Part shown: one piece after another, positions 44,833 through 57,500 of the stretch
How the letters are laid out: each line of letters opens with the position of its first letter
How positions within the stretch are numbered: the first letter of the stretch is position 1
Source of the DNA: Lingula anatina
Taxonomy: Eukaryota > Animalia > Brachiopoda
Length of the DNA: 64,000 bases
Reading direction: 5' to 3'
NCBI GenBank assembly: GCA_051362555.1
Contig: CM120642.1
Location: 3,968,001 to 4,032,000 of the forward strand
The notes under the pieces: generated by a model
What the model saw: only the letters and a program-made list of their open reading frames with translations
The model's database searches: none
Told to the model about the DNA's origin: nothing
Program-made: the position numbers and the translations under genes

Positions 44833-47800
44833 TTTTTGGTTAGTTTTAGGTTAAAAGCAACCTTATCCAAAATTGGAACAAAATTCTCAGTCCCAAAGTG
44901 TCAAAGTTATGCAATCTTCTGTGTTTTGTTCAGTGCTTGAGCTTGTTATAGATATCTATATATATGTAAATATATAAGGTTTTCAGCTGTATGCTCATAC
45001 TCCTATTGTTCGGCCTACATGGGTTCCTTACTAGTAGGTATAGAGCACTGGATGATTACTAAGCAGTAATTTTATCGATCTTTTTCCTTGTTCGCTGGCA
45101 CGTAATATGCTGTACAATTATTCAGGTATTTTCTGATTGCAAAAGTGCATTGATGTTGCTTCATGAAATCAATAATGCCATATCATTATATTGCCAAGTC
45201 ATTTGTTTTGACATTTGTTGGTTTAATTTAAAATTCGGCTGTAGTGATTCAGAAAATGCAGAGCTGTCTGGAACAACCTAAATCAGTTTTTACGGGACGG
45301 ATCCCAGGTTTATACTGAAAATGTATTTGTAGCTTAATCATTTAGCCTATGTATGCGGAGAAGGGATCAATGATAAAGAATACTTAGGTTAGTAGACCTA
45401 TGGTTAAATGAACCACAAGGAGGAACCGTGACATGCAAGGAGACTGCAGATGTGCGAAAGGACATTGTAAGGGCATTTCAATATCAAAATAAAAAGGGTA
45501 AATGGGTGCGGCAAATCAGCTGCAAGGAAGAAAAAACAACCCTTCACCCTTGGTTGTGCCTTTGTGCTGGGTATTGCCAAAACTAATAACTGTGTGTAAA
45601 TAATCCTATTGTGGCCATTGACCAGCTATTGGCAGACCCGATCACATCCAGTATGACTGCAGCATTTATATATAGCCTAGGCAATTAGAATGGGCTTTGT
45701 AATAATGCATCCTTGTAGGAAGAGCGGGAAATCGGTGGAATTTTCCAGAGCACCTGACAGTCGGGGTTAGGAACCTTGATTCATTGCGTAGTTTTTTTTT
45801 TTTTTTTTTTTTTTTCCTTTTTCGGCTTCAATCCTCTCCGTCCATTCTCTCAAGGGATCATACTGAACACGATGTGGTATTTTACAAGCTGTAACTCAGC
45901 AGGTTTTTGCTTAATCAAATTATTAATAGACTTGTAGATTGATACCATCTTGTGGTCTTGAAGGAATAAAACAAATTATTTTTAAAGACCAAACATTGAA
46001 TCGAAAATTTTAAATAATGCCATGCAAGAAAATTCCGAATGTATTAGTACTTAAATACTTTTCCCCAATTTTAAAGCATTGAAATATTATGATATGTATA
46101 ATATTAGCCAAATCACTGCTTTTTGTCAATTTGTTATCAAATTGGTTATAATTTGACTAAAACAAGTCAAATCAAGCTCTTTTTCTTTAGCCAATTTAAG
46201 GCAGTTTTGGCATTTAGCTAAGTTGGCAAGTGTTAGTGCTAGGTACCCCAGATGTAAAATACCAGTATTTGAATAGTTCTTACTATAGAGAAGCTAAGGG
46301 GTCTTGACATGGAAAATGTTACTGGTTTTTAACGTAAAGAAGCAGCTAAGTTCCACCATACCTTTTGCTCTCCTGATCATTGATATTGCCTGCCCTGCAG
46401 GGAACATATGTAAGTTACAAAATGGCAAATAAGCAAGGTGTGCAGGCAGCTGATTTGGTTAGCAGCTCCAACTCAGTCTCCTTTTTAAACTGACATATAT
46501 GTTTGTTGGATGTTGCTATTGTCCTTTCCATGGTCTCAAAGGAAGAAGAATGTGTTTTCTCTCTCTCCCCCCCCCCCCAAAAAAAAAAAAACATGCATGG
46601 GTGATGTCATTCTTTGCAAATATTTCCTTAATAAAAAAGTCCAAATCTTGTCTTGTTTCTCAATGTTGACAGCAAGTCGAGAACAAAATGACACTGTTCA
46701 AGATTTAAAACATGATTCATTGCATAAATGGATGAGTGGAGTAAAATCTTTTAAGAACCACAAAATTACCCGTATATAAGTCTGTTGTGATGGAAGGCAT
46801 TTTATAGTGAGGATATTTGTCTGCTGCATTCACATTCCTAATGGTAGCGGCAACCTGTAGCTCTGCAGTAAGGGGGTTAAAGTCACACTGACAGGGTTGG
46901 GAAACTAAGCTATTGATTGGTCGTTTCGTTGAGGTAACTACTTTCAGTTGACGTCAAGGGTATCAATCAATCGATACATTATACTCGCATTTATATCCTG
47001 CAGATTTTGTTCTAATTTGGAATACTGCAGTATTTGGACCTGTTGGAGCTGGATGCATCTTCTCTGTCTCAGTAACCATGGTTTCGCACTCTGTAATTGT
47101 GGCCTTGATTTTGTTTGCAGACTTCAAGATCAGCAAAGAGAAAATGTGTTTGTGTCCCCTGTCAGCAAACAAAAATTTCAGCTTGGCAACAACCCCTATT
47201 CAGCAAATCCTTCTGCAAATAGGATGACGTTAATTCATGAGAAAATAAAAAGCTGGGGGTTGAAGTATGCCTGCAAAAGATAATTATCCATGCAAAGGTG
47301 CTGTGGCCTTGATAATAATGTGTTTTAAAGGACCAAGAAACATGAAATGTATTAACTACTTGGTTGGCTGATAAATCTAAAATTGAAATAAGTTTAAGTT
47401 GCAGCATTACCCAAATTTATAATTACAAATTTCAATAAAATGAATAAAATTGCAACTTGTTGCTAACTGAAATATATAATATTTCAACATATAATCTGAC
47501 AGTTGTAAAATTCAAATATGGTCTCTGTGGTTTATAATCCTATATACATGTATAAAAAATTATGACTAAGTAAAATATCAATAGTTAATCCCACAGTACA
47601 GACAAGTGTAGGTTACTAAAACATGAGGGCCAATGAACACGTACAGATAAACCTTTTATCCTCCCCTATATGGTGCTGCTAAAGAAGAACTTGTGCTTGT
47701 GCACTCTGAGCAGCCACTCTAGGTCCAGGAAATCATAGGTGCTATAATGTGTTTTATATTTAGACCAGTTAATTATTAACATTAACTACCTCAAGTGTAT

Positions 47801-50244
47801 ATTGCATATTGCAATAAATATGTTTGATGGGCATTTGTGTTTCTTTCCAGTTTGGAAGTGTTTAATCAGTTGTAGAATGTACATGTTGACTCTAGTATTC
47901 ATGACCTTGCTGAAAACATTTTAATGCTTACCTTACTGAAACATGATCTTGGAAAACGTGCAGGGCTCACGTTTCCATGGGAAGTATTTACCAGTGGCTA
48001 ATAAAATATAGAATATATTTTCATATGAACTGTAAGAGATATTTGGCTTCTTTCCATTGAATTATCATTTATTTAGTTAAGAACGATTGATATTGCTGCC
48101 AACTCTGTCAGTAATTTCTTTTTTTATACGGAAAACATACAACAGGGATTTAAAATCTGTTTTGATAAAATTTGTAAGATTAATTCACTGAAAAATGAAT
48201 TAAAGATGACCCACTTTGGAGGAATTTTGTGAAGAGTGTTTGTGTGACCAGAATTTTTATTCAGAGTACGAGCCTGAAAAAATATTGAGAAAATTGTTAC
48301 AGAAATTTCCAGCTATATGTAGCTGTCCTTGTTTGTTGTTGCAATTGATCAACAAAAGTGTAATCAGTTCTGGTTCAAAGTCCCATTTTGGGTCAACATT
48401 GTATGATAAGATCAGAATTGAATCATACAGACATCATTCATTGCTTGTTACTGTTTATAATTTATAATTGAACTTAGGCATTATATTGGTGTCATTGTTG
48501 CAAAGTTGTGGTCAGAATTTATTTTAACCTGACTTTTTCAACATCGGATTGCTGGAAGAAATGGTGCATTATAAGTGAAATCGAAAAAAAGAAAAAGCCA
48601 ATACAGGTATGATTTTGATCCAGAGACCTGGGGTTTAAGGAATATGGAAGTTTTTTGGCCAGTGTCACCAGATATTGATTTCAGTTTTGTTTTTGCTTTC
48701 ACATGGTTGGTAAATTGTTATTATTCATTGACCGGAATTAGTATCAATCGGTAAACAGGAAAGTGTGTGTTGACTTTTAACTATTTGTTTCCATCTTCTT
48801 TGATATTTAATTATCACGTTACAGTGATGAAATATGATGAAAAATAACATGTTCCCCCTCTACCTAAAAAGGATCAGGTTTGGTCCAGAAGACATCACGG
48901 GGCAACCCTACAACCTGGTCATTCAAGGATATCAGAGGAGCTTTCATCACCTTGGATTGTCTGGCTTTGGACATGACTTTTGAATTATCAAAACATTCAC
49001 CAATATTTTACTATAATACTGGGTCAACAACCTTCTATCTCCAATGACAGAAGACCTGGAGTGACCCGTGAATCATGTAACCACAAAGTTATTGATCAGC
49101 TTTTCGTCTCATAAGACAAACAAAAACATGGTGAATTTTGAGGTCATTGAAGAGCCCAGTAATTGTTGATCAGAAAAATAAATCCAGTTTATGGTTGATA
49201 TCATTCACTGAGGCCAGAGTGGCAAAATGTTTTACTGCCATGTGAATATTTATAGCCAAGGTTATGAATAAATATTGCAGAGGTGATTTTATTCCCTGAC
49301 GTTTATAGCCAAATGAAGTTACCTCCTCTTTGCACAAAAAATTGAATTATGTAGGATCAGTCCAGCACAAACTAAGTTACTAGTATGAATATTTACCACT
49401 ATGCTGGTTGGTTCAGTACTGGAGTACCCATAGAGTTAGATTAATACAGGCTAGGAATTTATATCATCAATATAATTCAAATACATGACAGTATCCATTT
49501 TCTGTTTTTTATATTTTTTTAATATCTCAGTCATGAGAACTCAGTTGATTTCAAGTTTTGTTAAGAAAAACACAGGAGAACAGATATAGAGAGCAAAGGA
49601 TGTTGCAATCAAGGCCATGATTTATTCATCTTTCCCTTGCTGATGGTAGCCATTATTAACTTTGTGCCAAATGCTTTGAATTGTGTTCTGATAACCAGTG
49701 TACAAATGTGTATTCCTGAGTGGATGGATAGGATTGAAAACATTTCGTTTCAAGTAGTTGGCAATATTTTCTTTTTGAATGGCAGTTATCTTATTCTGCA
49801 ATTCTGTCAGCTTATGTCTTGAAGATGTTCATGTCTTAACAGGTTTTACAGGTATATGGGATTTAAGAGGTCAAATTATTGGCGTCAAACTTCACAACAG
49901 GTTTTGATTGCCCTTTCTAATAGTGATCAGTGTTTGTTTCACCTCATGAAGATTTGTTAATTCTCATAAAGCACTGTCTCTAAATGCATTCCTGGATTAA
50001 TATTCTCGGAATCAGTATAGTATTAATGTAGTTTGAATGTTTTCAGCAAATCTTGGTTCATTTTGATACAAAAAAATAATAAAAAAAAGCATCCAGTCCA
50101 GTATCTTCAAGTGTAGCCTCACAATATTGGCAAACTTTCTCATAACAGACTTTTCTTGGACAGTTCCTAAGCTGAGATGTGATTTTGAATTGTTTAACCA
50201 AAGGATATAGTCCAGGTTTCTTAGAAATTTGTTAAGCCCAGTGT

Positions 50245-50670
50245 GACACCAGGAAATGAACTAAACTGAGTTTTTATTCCTTTAAATCCCTTCATTTCTA
50301 ACACACATTAAGAAAAGAGAAAATCTGAAAAGCCCCGTATCAGATCAGGAAATGGAAAAAAAAACTTTATTCCATGCACATATTTCTTATCACAGATATA
50401 AATGTAGATTTGGAAAAGAGGCAATCTGTAAAGCCCTGGATCAATTCAAAAAATGAATAAAACTGAGTTTTTATTCCCTAAAATCTTCTCATCACTGGGA
50501 TAGATTAGGAAAAAAGAAATCTTTAAAGACTCGTATCAAAACAAGAAATGAATAAAACTGATTTTCGTTCCCTTTAATCTTCTTATCACTGATATAAAAA
50601 AATGGAGAAATCTTTAAATCCCCCTATCAAATCAAGAAAAACAAAAAAGGGTTTTTATCCCGTGGATTTT
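50245..50670. repeat. Degenerate tandem repeat, 4-5 x ~97 bp
   Basis: A.GAAATGAA.AAAACTGAGTTTTTATTCC-like cores at ~50251, 50347, 50449, 50543 and 50633. Confidence 0.55.
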
Positions 50671-51517
50671 TCTTTTCACTGACATGAATAAGGAAAAGGA
50701 TCAAATGCAAGTCAGCAATTATGAATAATACAATATTGTGACGCACATTTTTTCCCCTCTGTGAAAGCTCTGTCCTTTGGGAAATGATTAGGGAATGAAG
50801 TGAAGAATAGATAGTTTGTTTTAAAAGGCAGCTTTGCATCTTTCATGAGGAAGTATTAGGTGCTGTATATTTAAATGCTGCTATTTTTTCGGCAGCACTG
50901 GTTTGGTTTGACTGTGTCATGTGTAAGAACCAGTAGATTTTACTGTCTGTATTTGCATTATTCAAATGAAAGAAATGTCATAGATCTAAGGTATGTTTTG
51001 TGTACCTGAAAGCAATTGATAGGGTAAAAGCTATGAAGTGAATAAAAATAAAATGTCTTGTTCCTAAACATGGCATCTAGTAGTGATCTCAGCCAGCAAT
51101 TATTTCCTGAAGTACAACATTTCTGCAAATTTGACATCATTAAATCAGAAAAACTGATACTGGTTTCGTGCAACTGATAGGCTGACATTAAGTAAATGAA
51201 TGAAAAGAAATAAATTTTATTGCTATAAATGGAACCTTACAGTGATCTCAGGGATCAATTATTTTGGAGAGGACGTCACTGGTTGTGTAATGCCCTATTA
51301 TTCTGTAAATTGGACATCATTAAAAGTAAAAACTGATATTGAGAGCCAAATCCAGGTATTCGCACACCTGTAATATGATAATGCTGTGAGACCACTGGAT
51401 ATCAATTACTGTGAACCCCATACCAAGCAGTTTTATAAAGAGTTGACAGCAGAGTGAAGGTTTATTTCGCTGAACGCTACCTCTGTTCTACATTTCAGTG
51501 CCCAATTTTCTGCCACC

Positions 51518-54500
51518 ATGGAAGAAGACGGGGAAATTATGGAGCAAGATGTGATGATCTTTGACGACATCCAACAGAAGCAGACCATTCTCAACGATCT
51601 CAACATTCTGCGGAAAAATGCTCAGTTCTGTGACGTGATTCTCGAGGTTGAAGGCCATGAGATACCTGCCCATCGCGCCGTGCTCGCATGTGCGAGCCAG
51701 TACCTGTTTGATCTTTTTCAACAGGAGGAGGGAAATCATTTGACGCATTGCAAGTTACAGGGCCTTGATTACGAAGTGTTTGAGTATCTGGTCACATATG
51801 CTTATACAGCAAGGTGAGGGAGAGAAAAAATCCTTCATTCACTGTGGACTATTACCAGTTTGACTATTACAAAAGAATGGTTTGTTTTGGATTGATTTCC
51901 TATCTTCTTACTTATTCTGGAGTAATTTTGTATTTTTGCCAAAAAAAGATTTTAAATATGTGCCCCTAAAAAGTCTTTCAACCAATTGTTAGAAGTGCTA
52001 GAAGTAAAAAAAATTAATAAATGTGTTTGGCCATTTTTAGAAAGATTAGATCAAATTTAAACTTTGCTCATTTATTTTATAAAATCACAAATTTTTCAGG
52101 TTGGAAGTTGCCGGGGACTTGGTGAAGTCTGTGTACAAGACAGCTACCATGTTGAAGATGCAGCGTGCAGCTGATGCCTGCTCTTGCTACTTGGCTGAGC
52201 ATTTAACACCCATCAATTGCCTGGGTAAGTACAACCTAGGCTTGTAAACATACAAAAATAGCAAAATGAATAGGTGTCTTTTCATTCACGCAGGCTCAAG
52301 GTTACACCATTTTATGTAAAAAGGCGTTTTGAATTCCTGATGTATGTGAAGTAAGCGTGCAGATGCTTAAAGACAGGTAGAACTGATGAGGAGCGCCCTT
52401 GACTGTGACTCTCTCTGTACTTCATCAAGGTCAAAAGTTATTTTTAACAAAATTTTCAAATTTTAATGTAACCAATTTGGCAAGTGGGGAAAATTTGAAT
52501 TTTCTCCATTTTGTCAAATTTCATTGCAACAACAGTTTACATTCAAATAAAAAAAATTGAATTAGCAGATAGAAGATAAATGAGACAAATCGATGGTAAA
52601 AATGTTAATTTTTTTTTTTTCAACAAAATCAAAGTGCAAGATTGCGAATGTTTGCAAAAGAATTAAAAGTGCACAAAAACAGGAAAGCCATGAGGATGTG
52701 GTAGTTATTTTTGGTCATGGTCTGATTACCACCAAGGCAGTGAGGAGAAAAAACAAGGTTACTATAATTGAAGACCACTGTGGCATATAAACATTAAGCC
52801 TTTTTTTAATGCTGATGCAGCACATCATAAAAAAAGTTAAATATCAATGTGATGCCCAATAAAGAAAAAGAATATGCAATAGGCTCATGCTTAAAACTAA
52901 ATTTGATGTCAAATAGTTGAGACCTTTCTTTTCCAGGCATTTGAACTTCTTCACTTCATTCGTTTTAACTTAGTGATGCATGGCCTGAGTTTAAATGTCG
53001 GTTATTACCAAAAAATATTTTAATGTAGAAAAATCTGTCTATTCTGCACCAAGTGACACTATCTGTACTGTGTCACCTATAAGTGTGATTGTTGGCTGTC
53101 ACCGAGACATGATTAACATTTTCAAAGGTCTGAAAGTAGAAACAAACAGCACAAAAACACTGGCACATAACCTTAAACCAGACTTGTGTTTAATGTCTTT
53201 TTCTTTTATGTGGCTTTGTTTCCAAAAAACCCTATTCATTCCAGTGGTTTGGATGAAAGTGTTTTGGTTAAAGTAAAGGATTCTTGTCTATTGAACAGGT
53301 GCAAGTTAAAAAAGAAAAAGTGTCAGTTTAAGGAGTGCTTGTCTTTGGTTGTGTTTGGAAAATATGAAAGTGTAAGTGGTTAGATTCAATTTGCACATTA
53401 ATGGACCCTGAAGAGAAAACCATTTAAATTAATTAGTGTGGAAAGGCCATTATATGATCTTGTTAAAAATTTTGACCCAAATGCTGTGGGAATGTGACTT
53501 AATTATGCTCCCATTAAAGAGTCTGGTGCTGGTCTCTTTGCTCTTTAATTAATCAGCATGGACAGCACGTGTGTCTAACCATGTGTTTTCTCTACTAGTA
53601 TATAGGTTACATATAGTGAGTTGTGGTATAATAGCTAAAATGTTTTTCTCACCTGTTACTGTCATTCTTAGTTCTTTTGAAGAAATCGTTTCTTGTATTT
53701 CATCTCAATGCAGCTACACTGCGAGCCTGTTATGAACAAGTTGGATCTGATACACTTTATGAAAGATACAATATATAGGATAAACATAAGTAAAGATGGA
53801 ACATATTTGATTTTGTGAAAACTTGCTATTTCAGCAAGTTTTCATGTTGACCTCAAAATATAGGTAGCCTTTTTCGTGGCTCTTAAACCTCATATGGGTG
53901 ATGATGGAATGTTTCCTCACCCTTCAGCTAAGAAGATGTTCAGACAGTGTCTGTGTGAAAATTAGTCCAAAATGTCAGCATGCAGTTAGGATAAGTTAAC
54001 TAGGGCTTTCACTGTTTGGGTGTGCATTAGGCTCCTGAAAACCTTTTGTACAAATGGATTCATCTTTTGCATGAGTAATTAATCTTTTCATTTAATAATA
54101 TTAATAATAATATTAAACATAATAAAAAAAGTGCCTGCGCTTGCCTCAACTTGGGTTTTAGTTGACTTAGTGTGAACAGTCACATTATCCACCTGAAGAT
54201 CATATTTTGGAGGCCTACTGACATCCCTAGATCAGCAGAAGTGTGATAACAAGATCATATCTGTCAAAAAAAAGAGCAGAGCACCTGCAGAGTGAAGTGT
54301 GAAGAGAAAGTGTAACACCTTGAAATAGTAGTCTCCTCTAGCCTGATGTCAGGCTCATCCAAGAAAGCCAAGAAAGTTTTGGTTCATCTCTAACATTTGC
54401 CACTGTCTGTTACTAGGAAACGGGTGTTTCAAGTGTTGGCAGCTTTCTGCATTTCATCTTTTAGAAAATGGCAAGATAACTTGTATATTATAGTTAGTTG

Positions 54501-57500
54501 TATATTTGGCAGAATGAGCCCACCACGTCCCTCCACACACACGCGCGCGCACACACACATACACACACACACACACACACAGAGAGACAGACACAAAAAG
54601 AAAGATTGAAAATATTATGTTTTGGAAAGAAAATATCACATGGCAAAGAACAAGTATGTGCTGTCATCCTTGCAGTTGAAAGGCTAAGCCTTCTCACATC
54701 CCTTCCCTTACACAAAACGGGAAAGAAAAGATGTGCTTTGATATAAAGTATTACAAACTTTGCATTTTCTTTAACTGAAAGAATTCTTGGCTGGGAACTG
54801 CTTACTGTTGGAGCAGGCCTTGTTTAGCCTAACCCTGTCTTTGTTGTCAGTTGAGCAATATGTCGAGTATGTTACCATAGCAGCATCAAGTAATAATACA
54901 TAATATTTATAACATGACGGGACCTCTATTTGCCCTCAGGGCTCGTGTGCTTCTTTGGTTACATGTGCCCTGTGTTAAGAAGGAACACAGTTGTACAGAC
55001 ACTTGTGTGATGGCAATTTTTTTAATTTTTTTAAATTTTTTTTTATTTTTATTCTTTACTTTCCAAATTGGGTTTTTGATAGTTGCTATGAGAGTTGAAG
55101 TTTTCTTGTTTCATGTAATGTATAATTGTCAGAATTTTGTATGATTTTGCGTATTATTCTGCATGTATTAATTCTGCATTTAATTAATCCTGCATTTAAT
55201 TAATCATAGATATTTAATGTAAATATCTGGTAAACAGTAAACTCAAAAGTAAATACAGACATATATGCTGTTAGAAGTTTCAGGCCAAAAGAATCACCAG
55301 ATATCACTATATATAAATAAATTAACAACCTTTCTGTTGTGAGTACGTTTCACAGAATTGCCTAAGGTAGAAATTAGATATCTTTACAGTGTAACCAGGT
55401 GCTGAAAATCACTTCTGCCTCACAGATTTGAGGTTATAATTCATGCTGTAGATGGGTTCTCATGAATTTTGAAGCATTTGTCAGTCTGTGGTTCAATAAT
55501 GTCGTAAGGTGTGCTGAAACCTGCTTTAATTAACCTCAATATGGGCCAGCACCAGACGGCCTGAAGTAATAATCACGTTCTTCCAAGACAGTGATGATCT
55601 TTATGAGATCCATTTCTCTGGTCTGTTTTAAGGTTAGACCATTTACGTAAGCGTCTTTGTGTTAGCCAGATTCTAAATACTAATAGCAACAAAACCAAGA
55701 TGGCTATAGAAATTGTTTTTAATTTTCTCAGATTTATATGTTCACCGTTGAAGATGATGATCCAGGGGGGGGGAGGGGAGGGATCGTTTTGATCCAGAGT
55801 TATTAGCCTTGTTATATTTTGACCTCTGGCTATTGGGCTGTAATTATAATTTGATCTTTCACTCAATGTATATATGATGAACATGCTATACATTTACATA
55901 TAAATGGGTTGCTTGGTTGATATAAGGTATTGATTCCCCAGTAATCTCTGTATTCTATCTCTCCAGGCACAGTTTTGGTCTATTCATTCCCAGTGATTGC
56001 TGCACATTGTGCTGGGGTATATCACTAGTGATAATTGGTCTCTGGTTGATGTGCTTGTTCCAACATTGTTCATTGATTGTCACTTTTCATAAGCATTTTA
56101 AGTGTAACAAAACAACTTGTTTGCAAGTGTTGTAACAAATGGGTGCAGGTAGCATTTTTTTAAATGCATATATTAGGATATAATTGGGTTGACAGGTAGT
56201 ATTGATTTAATACTATATCACCCAAGAATAAGTTTTATCTTCGCTACAATTGCAGATCCATATATGATGTACTAGTAGGTATTTAATGCAATTTTATAAA
56301 TGGTAATTGACTTGTCTTGAAATCATTAATACAGCCTCCATTTTCTAACAATGTGACGCACACAGTCTTAGGCATAAGCCCAGTGTGAAACCCTAGTTTC
56401 TGCATTCTCTCCAGTGAAAGCACATCTCTAAGTATCTTGTATTGATCGCTACTTTCTGCCACAGGGCATCGGAATAAGATCACGACAGGATGTGGAATTC
56501 AAATCATTGCAGAAAGTAGATTTATTCATGGAAATTAAATAATCCATGTGGTATAACTAATGTACTACGTTCATTCATTGAATACCACTCATTCATTTTT
56601 AGTCATCATGGATGTGTACAGTTTGTAATGATTTTAAAGGCTGTCCTTAAATGTATAGCCAGTATGGGACACTCATTATTTTTACAAAAAAATAATAAAT
56701 AAATAAAATAAAATAAAACACTATTTGTATTAATTAAAGTTTGAATTAGCTATTTCCAGCCTAGATTCCACCTAAAAATTAGCATGACAATAAAAAGCTA
56801 GAAGTTGGGATTGAAAAATATATATTAATATCGATAATAAAATATAAGTTTCTCTTCGTTTCTCTTTGCAGGCATCCGTTGCTGCGCCATCAGTGATGAC
56901 AACTTGAAGCAAAAGGTGGATAACTACATCCAGCAGGAGATCACCGCCATTACGGAGACATGCCCTGAGTTTATCCGCCTTCCTAGAATTCAAGTGGATA
57001 TCATAGGTGTGAATCACCAGTGTAACCTCTATCTGAGACACAGAAATATTGTAGTCAAAATAAAGATTTTAACAGTTGTAGTGAAGCAATTATCATTATA
57101 ACTTGCTGTATACAAGAGACAGGTGGTGGAATTAGGTTCTCTTTATAATTAGTAAGCAGCTGTTAATTGGTGGCTAAATTTGCAGGTGCCTCTGAACATG
57201 GTCTGCAGAGTAGTAATGAGAAGCATCTGTGCCAGTTGGTGCTGGACTGGTTGAAGGACAACGTGGGGCAGACCAATAATTTGGATGCTGTCACTGATTA
57301 TGTATGTGGTCTCGTATAATTACAAAGCTGCAAATTATATTGAAGATATACCTTCCTGTATTAAGTTTAATAATTTGTCTTAAATGATATTTGTCTAATG
57401 GAATATTTAAAGAAAGATTTTATATGTCTGTTTAGTTATTTGGGTTATTGGTATATTGCTGTATTTGTATTTTATGAGAAAATGGCTTTGAGACCATCCC

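Noticed and set aside
37800-51400. Numerous 60-110 aa ORFs in the long intron
   Set aside because: Low-complexity AT-rich translations with no domains or consistent splice signals.
52315-52435. Hammerhead ribozyme or C/D snoRNA around CTGATGAG
   Set aside because: No properly placed GAAA core or stems, and no canonical box C with terminal stem.
54494-54746. HT/CV-repeat ORFs
   Set aside because: Translations of a (CA)n/(GA)n microsatellite.
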